Below, in pieces: positions 40,886 to 50,466 of a stretch of 64,000 bases of DNA. The notes beneath the pieces were generated by a model that had not been told where the DNA came from, did no database searches, and worked only from the letters and a program-made list of their open reading frames with translations. Location of the stretch: NCBI GenBank assembly GCA_964558645.1, contig CAZLEV010000002.1:256001-320000 (forward strand), read 5' to 3'. Positions within the stretch are counted from its first letter, which is position 1, and every line of letters begins with the position of its first letter. Made by a program: the position numbers and the translations under genes. Source of the DNA: an uncultured archaeon (GTDB lineage: Archaea; Asgardarchaeota; Thorarchaeia; Thorarchaeales; Thorarchaeaceae).

Positions 40886-42268
40886 ATGACTTTGCAACTC
40901 AGTCTGCCACAAATGAGTCTGGTTTCAGATGTGTTCTCGGCGCATAATGCAATTGGATACTCCGAGATTGTTTCTAAAGGACATGAAATCACCGTAATCA
41001 GAGAACTCGTAGAAGCCGGCATACTTGAAAAGCGTCTGAAACCAGAGATTCCTTGTCCTGCTTGCAATCGTACGATGGGGATTAGACTTGATATCGGATA
41101 TACATGCACAAGCTGTGGTCGAGTAATCCTACTCGAAGATGACCATCTTCTTGAGCACTCCACCTATCGAGCATCTGTACAACATCTTGTCAAAACCATG
41201 AGGAATCACCTAGTCAACGAAGGATTCAATCTCATCTCAACCGAAGAGAGCAGAATTGCAGGTGTGTATGCAATCGGTCGAATTCAGAGCGGTTCCGAGG
41301 GTGAACTTGATTTGGTGCTGCTTGCAAAACCTCTGAGTACAACGACCTTGTCCGCACTGCTAGGTGATGCAATTGCACATAGTACGAATACAGCGGTGTT
41401 TATCCCATCCAGTGAATCAGGTTTCGAACGCTCTCAAAGCGAGCTCATAGCCTTTCCCAAATTGCTCACAATGGATTTGCCCCTATTTGGTCAAGAGCCC
41501 ACAATGAGAAATCTGGAACGCTTCCTAAGCCACTCGGCCTTTCTCTCATCAATTATTGCATCCATTCGGGAGGTCACTGGGAGTGATCAGAGCCTGTTTA
41601 TGACACGGGATGAGGTTCAGTTCCTTGAAAATGCAAGAAGACTCTCCCAGACTGGGAGAAAGAGATTCGAACCGATAGCATTGCGACTGCTTCAACCTCT
41701 TGGGATAACCTCCCGGTTTAAGGCGGGAGGTTATGGCCCGGATGGTATGCTGTACCTCCCTGATGAGTTCTACATTGTTGATGCAAAATCAACCGAGTCC
41801 CAGTTTGAATTTAGAGTTGAGGAACGTGACAAAATTCATCGTTACATCCGTGCAATCGAAGACAATTGCGATTTCCTAGGAGAATATGGCTTCTCAGGAG
41901 AAATCATTGTCACCCCTTCCTTGAAGGAGCCGCACTCTGATACGTTGGATAAGGTAGAGGAGTACTTCTCAAAGAATCCGATTAATGGTCGCTTGGTCAT
42001 CATCTCCTCCGACGCGTTAATAGATTTGCATCGTAGCATTTTCGCTGACTTGGAGTATTTTCATCGGCTCCAACCAAAGCATCATGTCAAAGACCTTCTA
42101 AGTGGCCGACTGTCAGTTGATCCAACGGGTGATTCCCCCCAATTCCTGCATGTTGTCTACGTTGGCGAGGAAACAATGCAGAGATTCTATAGTTTGGTAT
42201 TAGATTCGCCGGCACTGAGCATGCGTAGCGTTTCATATCTCGACAGTTGGATTGAGAGTGTCTACTGA
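40886..42268 (+). CDS. Zn-ribbon plus PD-(D/E)XK restriction-like nuclease
   Basis: CPAC...CTSC; FE...GPDG....YIVDAKS nuclease motif. Confidence 0.75.
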   Translation: MTLQLSLPQMSLVSDVFSAHNAIGYSEIVSKGHEITVIRELVEAGILEKRLKPEIPCPACNRTMGIRLDIGYTCTSCGRVILLEDDHLLEHSTYRASVQHLVKTMRNHLVNEGFNLISTEESRIAGVYAIGRIQSGSEGELDLVLLAKPLSTTTLSALLGDAIAHSTNTAVFIPSSESGFERSQSELIAFPKLLTMDLPLFGQEPTMRNLERFLSHSAFLSSIIASIREVTGSDQSLFMTRDEVQFLENARRLSQTGRKRFEPIALRLLQPLGITSRFKAGGYGPDGMLYLPDEFYIVDAKSTESQFEFRVEERDKIHRYIRAIEDNCDFLGEYGFSGEIIVTPSLKEPHSDTLDKVEEYFSKNPINGRLVIISSDALIDLHRSIFADLEYFHRLQPKHHVKDLLSGRLSVDPTGDSPQFLHVVYVGEETMQRFYSLVLDSPALSMRSVSYLDSWIESVY

Positions 42269-42358
42269 CGGGTACTTCGATTTCAGCGTCCTCTTCCACA
42301 CGAGTTCCCAATGCCATAACAGTGGGCTCGCTTCGACAGCAAGAAGGGGGTTAGATGG

Positions 42359-42382
42359 CCCGGAATCGTCACGCCTAAGGAG
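42359..42382 (+). pseudogene. Degenerate uS19 3'-end remnant with internal deletion
   Basis: CCCGGAATC plus GTCACGCCTAAGGAG (11/15 to GTCCCGCTCAAGTAG); the following spacer resembles that at 55407-55432. Confidence 0.55.
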
Positions 42383-42407
42383 GACCATCTCTCAACGAGA
42401 CCATCTG

Positions 42408-43061
42408 TCAATTGCCCTTCTTCCTTCTCTTCTCACTGCGAGCTCGGTCAGCCGCCTCAATCTCCTCCCACTCCTTCATCTTCTCACGAACGCGTTGGGA
42501 TTGTCGTTCCATTGCGGCCTTGAACTCGGGTGTCTTTGATGCCTCATCCACGATTTCGTAGTACGCGATAGTTTCACCATCAGTGAATTCGTAGGAAGTC
42601 GTGACTACATCATATATATGGATGTGCTCTGTGCCCTCCGTGAAACCCTTCTCTTCTAACAGCTCCACTGCTTTATCCACTCTCATCCTCCCGAGATCTT
42701 CGGGGCCCGTGTTGCTGCGCAGGATTCTTATCAATGCCTTCTCCCGCTCCTTGAGGTTCTGGTAGTGTTCTGATCCCTCATCAGAGAGAATCTTAAGATG
42801 CCACACCGGCCTTCCGGGGTCAATATCAAACTTCGTCGCGTCTTCCGGAGAAACATGGTCCAGGGTCTTGTCAATGATCCAATCGTCCAGCAGTTTGATG
42901 ATCACTCTGCGAATGTCATCCTCTGTACAGTCCATGCCCTCATCCTCCGAGGACCCGAGTAGCAGGGCCACAGCCTTGTCCAAGGGAATTCCGTATTCCT
43001 CAGGATGAGATTCAATGAGGGCCATGAGGTTTTCCTTCACAATTAGAATATCACAGTTCAT
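42408..43061 (-). CDS. Gene X: hypothetical protein, possibly winged-helix, with a charged C-terminal helix
   Basis: 217 aa; overlaps the upstream stop (ATGA); its 3' end recurs four times in the island. Confidence 0.8.
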   Translation of the reverse strand: MNCDILIVKENLMALIESHPEEYGIPLDKAVALLLGSSEDEGMDCTEDDIRRVIIKLLDDWIIDKTLDHVSPEDATKFDIDPGRPVWHLKILSDEGSEHYQNLKEREKALIRILRSNTGPEDLGRMRVDKAVELLEEKGFTEGTEHIHIYDVVTTSYEFTDGETIAYYEIVDEASKTPEFKAAMERQSQRVREKMKEWEEIEAADRARSEKRRKKGN

Positions 43062-46000
43062 GATTCCTCACCCACAAGTTCGTCATAATAGCATGGGTAC
43101 CCTGTGCTTTTTAGCTCCTCTGCTATAGGTTTGCCTAGATCTGGTCTGCTTCTAACCCACTTCTTCACCTTCTCCAACTTCGTCACATCATTAGGGGGAC
43201 ACATGAGTACAAATCGCATAAGTTCCGTGATTCGAGAGGTACTGTACATCCATTCACTTGACACTCGGCCAGAGCCCTCATAGAATGTGATTTTTACCAG
43301 ATAGGGCTTCACTGCAACACCTATTGAGGCAAGTGCATCTATCTCATCCTGAAACAACTGCGGCTTATTCGTTTCAACTATCTCACGGAACTCGTTGCAT
43401 GTTGCAGACGTTTCAGCAACTTCCTTTAACTTTCCGCCCGTCATTTCCCACCTAGGCCCAAACCGCTCATCATCTTCTCGCGTGCCATTTTCTTTGATTA
43501 CTCCAATATGCTCGTCTTTGATACAGGATTCAAAATCGTACTCCTGTTTTGAGGGATCTGCAAGGGTAGTGGCACGAGTAACAGAAAACTTGGGTCTCTT
43601 TCCCAATTCATCTAGAGAAAATGAGCCATCTTCACAGAAGGTTTCCCTGAAGTAGCATGATTTGATCTTAACAGATCCATATCGGATGAACCTCGGAAGA
43701 CGAGTCGCCTGCATTCCCTTGTCACCAGGCGGAAATCCTCGTGAAACCAACAACCGCCCCAGCACACTGGTGAATCGTACCTGTCGCACGCCATTCTCCC
43801 TGATCGCGACATGGTAGTAGACATCGCCCAAGGGGCGGACACTCGCGATAACGATGTCCACGCGGTCAGGGTCGCACTCGGTATAGACGAAACCATTCTG
43901 TTTGAGTTCAACATGTCCATCCGACAGTCCAGTCCCGAACAACTTCGCGAAAAGAAGGTCCACAGCATATGGGTCCTTTGGGAACCGCGGATTCTCGATA
44001 CCACCGTGCTTGTGCCGACCGATCCGCCTGAGGCGCGACTCGACGGTGTCAGGACCAACGCCCAGCGTATCGAGGATGAGGGCAAGGGTGGCCCCCTTGA
44101 GATACGGGGCACGGGAATTGAGGTCAGCGTTCTGTGAAGACTTGAACACTGTTCGATTATAGTCAGTGATTTGCCCAATGAGCTTGCTGAAGTACCTGTC
44201 ACCTACCAGTCCAAGACGGTCGCGGGCAAGAGTAATGAGCGTCCGCTTATCCGAGCGCCTTCGGAACCTGAATATCTCCTCACGATACAGATGCATCCAG
44301 TTCTGCTCACGGGTGTCGTGCATGCGAAAATACAGGCGGTCGTTCACCACACCCAGCCTGAGCTGGCGCTCCGGGTCATCAGCAAGCCTAAGGCGAACAT
44401 TGAGCTCCTGCTCGATGGCCTCCCGCTCCCGCAGGGTGGCCTTGGCGATGCGCCGCAGCCAATTTGGCCCACCATAGCTGATATTCCGCATGTCAGCCCA
44501 CAACACTCGCCGTGGATGCTCCGCTGAGAGATAGACCTCCGCGATTGCCCGTGAGAGTTCATCCACCGTGGGTTTCTTGACTTCCCTGAGATGGCGTAGA
44601 TGCGCATAGACCACCTCAGGCGGTATGCGATGCTCGAAGGCCTCGGGGCTCAGGTTGCCCTCGTATTCGGCCCGTGAACTCTCCGCAGACCCGAGCATCT
44701 TGAAGATCCTTGGGGTCTTCTTCTCTGGAACCCAATACCGTACTCTTGCCGCCGTGGTTTTGAGGATCTTGGCGATCTCAACATAGGTCAGTTTCTCAAT
44801 GTCGCGACGGCTCTCCATCTCCTTGAGCCCGATGTATGCAAGGGCCGACCTGTTCAGGGTCTTGAAGTTGCGCTGGTCGCGGTAGAAGTTGTGGCGTCCC
44901 AGCATGACCTCGTACTCCAGACGGCAGGACGGAATCCATGATGAGTCCTCCCTCCGCTCGATGTCCGAAAAGCCATCCTGCTTAATGCCCACCCCGATGA
45001 GGGACGGTGGTGCACCCCTGAGCCAGTCGATAACCCGCTCCGAGGAAACGCCGAGGCGGTCAGCGAGCCTTTCCACCGACACTCTACGATAACGCTCCTC
45101 CCCGTCCACCATGACAAAGGGGATCTCGTGGTTGTGGGCGGCACGCATGACCTCGCCCCAGGCCTGAAACTCCGCGCACCAGAAGTCCACCGTGAAGCTC
45201 TGGGATATCTCCTGGTCGTCCTTTACCATGGTGATGATTCGCTCCATGCTACCCTCGTCCTCATGGAGAGTGCCGTATCGAAGCATCCGTGACCAGCGTC
45301 GCTCAATCTCTAGACTCCAGAGATTCCGGATGAGCTCGGGGGCGTTGTCATCATCAGCCAGTTCCTCGATGCGCTTGCGGTCGATACCCAGCTGTCGGGC
45401 CAGTTCGTCAAGATCGGGCTCGTTATCCGCCTCCTCGAGGGCCTTCTTGACACGGACATAGTCCTCCGCGTCCTTGAGTCGCTCCTCCAGCTCCTCCTCG
45501 TCCAGTGACTCCCTGTAAGCTGTGACATACCTTTTCAGGCTCTGGTTGCTCTTCAGGGACTCCTTGGCCTCCTCCCTGAGGCGCTCCTTCTCCTCCTCGG
45601 GGAGCTTCTCGAACTCCTCTTTCAGCAGGCGCCTCAGGCGTTCCTCGCGGGTCTCAGGGAACATTGAAGGGCGCAGAGGGCCACCATCAGGAAAGATACT
45701 GGAAAGCGTCGTATGAAGTCTCCCCCGTTCATCGGGAGTCTCTTCCTCTTGCACTGACTCCTCTCTCTCCCGGACATCCTCAGTGGGGGATCCGGTGTTC
45801 TCTTCCGAGATATCTTCAGAGGCGTTTGTGTCAGGCTCAACGTCAGATTCCTCTGACTGCTCAACATCCACCCTCGAGGGGCTCTCGGACTCGACCTCCT
45901 CAGAGAGCTCCACGTCCTCCGTGGTGTCTGATTCTTCCGTTTCAGACTCATCTTCTCCCTCCTCGTCGGTGGTCTCAACATCGGGCGGCTCTATCTCTTC

Positions 46001-46786
46001 GTCAGTCTCCTCCTTGACCCTCACATCCTCAGAGACATCGGGTTCACCGCTGTCCCCCATGGCCTCATGCCCGTGTTCGTCAAGAACCTCCTGGCTCGTG
46101 TCCGCAGCTGCGGTCTTGTCAACCTCTGACTCCTCAGCCGCCACCTCAGCGTCAGCGTTCTCCTCTGGTTCCTCCTCAGTCTCGATCTCTACGGTGACCG
46201 TGACCTGTTGATCCCCCGCGTTCTCCTCCACGCGGACCTCCCCTGATTCTGAGGAGGACATATCCGAAGAAGCAGACTCCTCCTCGGGTTCTTCCTCGAC
46301 CTGTTCTTTGTCTTCTTCTAACTCAAATTTTTCCCTCAGCTCAGACTGGTACTCCTCAGAGAGCCTCTCCGAAGCCTGTCGTATCTCGGCAGAGGTCTCC
46401 TCACTGGAGAGTCCGTCGCCAGTCCCGGGATTGTCCTTCTCTGGATTCCGCCTCTCCTCATGCTCCGCCTCGTTCTGGCGCCTGACCTCGTCCACCATCT
46501 CCCTGATACTCTGGTCAAACTCAGCACGCTCGCGCCGAGTCCGCTCTCTCGCCTCCTCCACTGTCTCGCGTATCTTGCGGTCGAACTCGGACTCCTCACT
46601 CGCCTTGGGAGGTTCATCTCCCTCAGTCCTCGCCTCTGTCCCCCCATCTGCATTTCGTTCGGCTGCCGTTCTTCTCCGGGCCTCGTCTACCAGCTCACGC
46701 ACACGACGCTCGAACTCCTCATCGTTCTCTATACCCTCTCTACTCTTTCGTGACCTCTTCTCCTCCCCGCCCTCACCGGCCATCAC
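43058..46786 (-). CDS. Giant acidic protein with multiple HTH motifs and a C-terminal LAGLIDADG-like endonuclease domain
   Basis: Glu-rich N-terminal half; three HTH-like motifs; LFGTGLSDGHV, FPPGDK..LPRFI and YFRETFCEDGSF match DOD blocks C, D and E. Confidence 0.75.
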   Translation of the reverse strand: MMAGEGGEEKRSRKSREGIENDEEFERRVRELVDEARRRTAAERNADGGTEARTEGDEPPKASEESEFDRKIRETVEEARERTRRERAEFDQSIREMVDEVRRQNEAEHEERRNPEKDNPGTGDGLSSEETSAEIRQASERLSEEYQSELREKFELEEDKEQVEEEPEEESASSDMSSSESGEVRVEENAGDQQVTVTVEIETEEEPEENADAEVAAEESEVDKTAAADTSQEVLDEHGHEAMGDSGEPDVSEDVRVKEETDEEIEPPDVETTDEEGEDESETEESDTTEDVELSEEVESESPSRVDVEQSEESDVEPDTNASEDISEENTGSPTEDVREREESVQEEETPDERGRLHTTLSSIFPDGGPLRPSMFPETREERLRRLLKEEFEKLPEEEKERLREEAKESLKSNQSLKRYVTAYRESLDEEELEERLKDAEDYVRVKKALEEADNEPDLDELARQLGIDRKRIEELADDDNAPELIRNLWSLEIERRWSRMLRYGTLHEDEGSMERIITMVKDDQEISQSFTVDFWCAEFQAWGEVMRAAHNHEIPFVMVDGEERYRRVSVERLADRLGVSSERVIDWLRGAPPSLIGVGIKQDGFSDIERREDSSWIPSCRLEYEVMLGRHNFYRDQRNFKTLNRSALAYIGLKEMESRRDIEKLTYVEIAKILKTTAARVRYWVPEKKTPRIFKMLGSAESSRAEYEGNLSPEAFEHRIPPEVVYAHLRHLREVKKPTVDELSRAIAEVYLSAEHPRRVLWADMRNISYGGPNWLRRIAKATLREREAIEQELNVRLRLADDPERQLRLGVVNDRLYFRMHDTREQNWMHLYREEIFRFRRRSDKRTLITLARDRLGLVGDRYFSKLIGQITDYNRTVFKSSQNADLNSRAPYLKGATLALILDTLGVGPDTVESRLRRIGRHKHGGIENPRFPKDPYAVDLLFAKLFGTGLSDGHVELKQNGFVYTECDPDRVDIVIASVRPLGDVYYHVAIRENGVRQVRFTSVLGRLLVSRGFPPGDKGMQATRLPRFIRYGSVKIKSCYFRETFCEDGSFSLDELGKRPKFSVTRATTLADPSKQEYDFESCIKDEHIGVIKENGTREDDERFGPRWEMTGGKLKEVAETSATCNEFREIVETNKPQLFQDEIDALASIGVAVKPYLVKITFYEGSGRVSSEWMYSTSRITELMRFVLMCPPNDVTKLEKVKKWVRSRPDLGKPIAEELKSTGYPCYYDELVGEES

Positions 46787-49700
46787 ACGTCGGCTCCATC
46801 AATGATGGCTGTGACCTGCTCGAGCACTCCTGCGTTCTCATGGTCCATGTGCTCGTCTGCCACCAGCCCCAGCAACACCTGTACAGCGGCTCTGCTACCG
46901 TCACCATGTCGTTCCGCGGCACTGAGGATCAGGTTCGCAATGCCTCTGCCGTCCCCTCGCTCCAGACACTCCCGGCAGTACTGAGCGAAGGTCTCGTTCG
47001 TCACTATCCGCTGCAACTCGCCACTGCCTCCAGCCACCTCAGGCTCCACGGTCTCCTCCCGTGGCTGCCGCTTCGGAGGATGCTTCAACCGGTCGATAAG
47101 TCCCTCAGGGAGGGCCTCCGAGGACTGGAACTCCGGGTGTTTCTGGATGATTTTCTGCATGTGTGACCGAAGAGTCTCAGGGGCAACTCTGTCCTGAACC
47201 CGAGTGGAAGGAACCATCTTCTCCAGAGGAAGGATACGGACGTTCTTCGGCTCACCCTCGTCCTGCAGATACACCACGGCCTCGCCTACTTCCATTCCCC
47301 CGATGTGCTCTATCTGTGCGTTGGTACATCGTGCATGACGACCCACCAGCTCGCGGTCCTCCTGGTGGGGAAGAGCGTGAATAACGAGGTTCACGATGAT
47401 CTTGAGGGCCTGTTCCACGAGCTCCGTGGGTGACTGGTCCAGAATAATCACGCCCAGGCCCGTTCCGCCCAGTACCCGCAGCATCTGGATGAAGGACCGA
47501 ACTGCCAGCGCGTGCGCATCTTCTCCCATACCCATCTTCCCAAGGAGATAGTGAGCCTCCTCCAACACCAGCAGGTTCGTGACCTGGTGCTCCGGATGTG
47601 CCAGTTTGTACTCTATGACCCCGGCAGTGAGCAGGCCCATGAGCAGGATTCGGTCACTGTCTGACAGCTCGGTCATGTCCACGATGGTCGGCTGGGACAG
47701 GAGGTCTTTGATGGTCACGCCAGTGGGGGTGTTATACATGTGGACCAACGAAGGCTTGCGGAGGATGCTCCTGACCCTGGTGGCTAGGATGCCGTGGAAG
47801 TTCTGGACCACCCGGTCCTCATATGTCAGGGACCGGCAGACATGCTCCACCGCATCAACAATGTCTGGCAGCAGGATTGGTCTACCTCCCTCACCGGTCT
47901 CACGGTCGTATCCGCAGATGTCGTAGACCGTGTGGATCAGGTCATCGATGTGTACGGCTATGACCTTGTCACTGGGCAACCACAGAGTCCAGACCTGCAC
48001 CAGCCGGTCGATCCACTTGTTCAGGCTGACACCCTCTGGAGGCCTCCACATGTTGAACGCCAGGTTCGCTATGTCATCTCTCCCACAGGTGAACACTCGG
48101 ACTTTCGAACGGATCTTGGTCAGGGGCCACCAGTCCTGACCCTTGGTGAGGGCAAGGATGAGGGGGTTGACGCCCTTGACCATGGACTGAGCACAGATAC
48201 TCAGCGCCGTGGTGGTCTTGCCTGACCGGGTAGCACCGAAGATTCCGAAGTGCATGTCGAAGTGTTCCAGCCTGGAGACCACCAGCTTCTTCTCAAGGAC
48301 GCGCCCGGCCTGGTCGATGGGGCTCCCGAAGAAGACCCATGGCAGGCGAGATGATGATGAGACCGTAGTCTTCTCTGTACGTCGCTGGGACTGTGGGTCT
48401 CGGCCTGGTTGCTCCTGACGAGTTCCCGAGGAGAACCGCTCCCGACTGGTGACCGGGATCTCCAGGTCCCTTCTTGGGATCGAAACGTATCCGGCAGCCT
48501 CATCTATGGTCAGGACGGACGACTTCTTGGCGGGGAACCCGAGCAGAGACCGCTTGACAGTGCGGTCCTTGGTGGTGTAATGAACATCGAACTCCTCGTG
48601 TTCGTCAGCCGGCCTGAGAGAGCCTATCAGGGCTCCAGCAAGGCGTTGCACTGCACGGTCTGCCTGCGCCACGTCACGATGCCACGCGGCCACAGTGACA
48701 CTCACCTTGCAGAGGCGCTCATTTGACAGCCGCCGGATACGACGCTCCAGTCGCTCGGCACGGAGCCGGGCCTCAGGGTCAACTATCGTCCTCGACTCCT
48801 GCTGGACTCCACTGAACAGTGTGCTCTTCTTTCTGGAGATAGTCTTCTCAGAGCGCTCCATCTCGTGCTGGTACTGGGATTCAAGGGACCGCAACTCCCT
48901 CTTCTTGCTGCTGAAGGGCTCAAGGGACACATGGTAGATACCGTTGGTCATGCCCTGGAGGACGCCGGCAAGGGCCTCCAGCGTGTCATGTCCCTTCCCC
49001 TCTGCATCCACGACCTTTGGCACACCGGTGATGGTGGCAGCAGCCGCCCGGTCTGTGGCGGGGGGTATGATGCCTGAGAACGAGGTGCATGCCTGGAACC
49101 TGAAGCCAACAAGGTTGTGCTGCAGGGCATCCATGAGGAGGGTGTGCTGGTGATCGAGCTGCGCCTCGTCCCTCGCCCATGTCAGAAAGAGGACCCTCGT
49201 CTTGGAGTGCAGCCGCTCGATACGAAGAGCAAACGGAACAGCATTCAGGGCGCGGATGACGCGGTGGAGCTGCACGGCGATGTGCTCGGAACTCCTGGTG
49301 GTGTCTCCGGGGAAGGCGTGACCATGAGGGACCTCGGTGAGTTCCACAGCCGCGATGCGTTCCTGTGACCTCCGCCACAGGTGGGTCAGGGATGAGCTGA
49401 CGGTACTGCGGACCGACCTAGTTGACGACTGGATTTGACCAGGCCTCCTGTCTGTGTCTTCTCTTCCGTCCAGGTACCACGGTACCAGTATCACGACGAA
49501 GAAGAGGACGGCCACCACGACCTCTAAGGCGCTGCCAATAAGGGGGATGCGTATCTGGGAGAGGATGACAATGATTGTGGCAACGATGCAGCCGGGTACG
49601 GTTGCGAACCCGACGATGAGAGAATAGAACCAGTAACGGATGTTCTTTGCGACCAAGAGAATGCCGGCCCCGACAAAGAACACGAGTCCGGAGAAGACGA

Positions 49701-49845
49701 GGCTGGGCCCGATGAAATAACGGGGGACGAAGGTCATGGAGATGAGGGCTGTGAATACCGCCGTGCAGGGGCCAATGGTCAGGAGCAGGAGCGCTATGAT
49801 CTTGAGAAACAGATTGACGGGTGAACCGGATGACTTATCGGCCAT
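46783..49845 (-). CDS. Membrane-anchored HerA/VirB4/FtsK-superfamily ATPase
   Basis: Four N-terminal TMs; Walker A GATRSGKT, Walker B LLVLEEAH, ILDQSP motif. Confidence 0.88.
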   Translation of the reverse strand: MADKSSGSPVNLFLKIIALLLLTIGPCTAVFTALISMTFVPRYFIGPSLVFSGLVFFVGAGILLVAKNIRYWFYSLIVGFATVPGCIVATIIVILSQIRIPLIGSALEVVVAVLFFVVILVPWYLDGREDTDRRPGQIQSSTRSVRSTVSSSLTHLWRRSQERIAAVELTEVPHGHAFPGDTTRSSEHIAVQLHRVIRALNAVPFALRIERLHSKTRVLFLTWARDEAQLDHQHTLLMDALQHNLVGFRFQACTSFSGIIPPATDRAAAATITGVPKVVDAEGKGHDTLEALAGVLQGMTNGIYHVSLEPFSSKKRELRSLESQYQHEMERSEKTISRKKSTLFSGVQQESRTIVDPEARLRAERLERRIRRLSNERLCKVSVTVAAWHRDVAQADRAVQRLAGALIGSLRPADEHEEFDVHYTTKDRTVKRSLLGFPAKKSSVLTIDEAAGYVSIPRRDLEIPVTSRERFSSGTRQEQPGRDPQSQRRTEKTTVSSSSRLPWVFFGSPIDQAGRVLEKKLVVSRLEHFDMHFGIFGATRSGKTTTALSICAQSMVKGVNPLILALTKGQDWWPLTKIRSKVRVFTCGRDDIANLAFNMWRPPEGVSLNKWIDRLVQVWTLWLPSDKVIAVHIDDLIHTVYDICGYDRETGEGGRPILLPDIVDAVEHVCRSLTYEDRVVQNFHGILATRVRSILRKPSLVHMYNTPTGVTIKDLLSQPTIVDMTELSDSDRILLMGLLTAGVIEYKLAHPEHQVTNLLVLEEAHYLLGKMGMGEDAHALAVRSFIQMLRVLGGTGLGVIILDQSPTELVEQALKIIVNLVIHALPHQEDRELVGRHARCTNAQIEHIGGMEVGEAVVYLQDEGEPKNVRILPLEKMVPSTRVQDRVAPETLRSHMQKIIQKHPEFQSSEALPEGLIDRLKHPPKRQPREETVEPEVAGGSGELQRIVTNETFAQYCRECLERGDGRGIANLILSAAERHGDGSRAAVQVLLGLVADEHMDHENAGVLEQVTAIIDGADV

Positions 49846-50094
49846 GGGGCAGTACTTCCTCCTTTCAGTGGTGAGATGTTGCGCCGGACCGCAACCTACC
49901 GAGTACAGTGATTGTCACCAAGTATCATAGGTGTTGTGTGATTGCTGTCTACAGCCTCATAGCCAAGATAGGGAGGCATCGGAAGTTATGAGAGTCTAGT
50001 GGTAACTAATACGTTGATACAGGCTTTTATGAAGCATATGAGTCATGGATAGCGGTCACTGATGTGGTCCATTGGACATTTGTATACAATGCCA

Positions 50095-50133
50095 GGGACG
50101 ACTAAGAGCCCTGACGCCGTTCCACTCAAGTAG
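50095..50133 (+). pseudogene. Degenerate uS19 3'-end copy
   Basis: GTTKSPDAVPLK* versus GATKSSAYVPLK*; ATTGGACAT (IGH) at 50071. Confidence 0.75.
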
Positions 50134-50141
50134 GAGGAATT

Positions 50142-50392
50142 CTATGCGAAATGGGTCATTATGCGCCATTTTTTTTTCTTCTTCGTGCTTACAAGACGAG
50201 CCCTATCTTCCGCCTCGAGCTCGGCATCCCGCGTCATTTTCTCCATCAATCGTTGGGACTGTCGCTCCATCTCAGCCTTCCACTCAGGGGTCTTTGAGAA
50301 CTCGTTCACAATTCCACAACAGGGTAACATCTCATCATTGACAGTATTAGACGAGTTTCAATAACACCCTCGATATGGATGTGTTTCCGTTA
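50142..50392 (-). pseudogene. 3' fragment of gene X
   Basis: HIHIEGVI...IVNEFSKTPEWKAEMERQSQRLMEKM...EAEDRAR versus HIHIYDVV...IVDEASKTPEFKAAMERQSQRVREKM...EAADRAR. Confidence 0.88.
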
Positions 50393-50466
50393 TATAGGAC
50401 GTGACTTTCCCATCGCTCAGAAAGAATAAATCGTAGTCTGTACATTGACTACACGGTGGTATTGGA

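Noticed and set aside
43058-44000. Intein interpretation of the LAGLIDADG domain
   Set aside because: No N-terminal C/S splice block or C-terminal HN-C/S/T seen; the domain ends the protein.
44166-49378. Many overlapping 60-200 aa alternative ORFs
   Set aside because: Shadow frames of long GC-rich genes.
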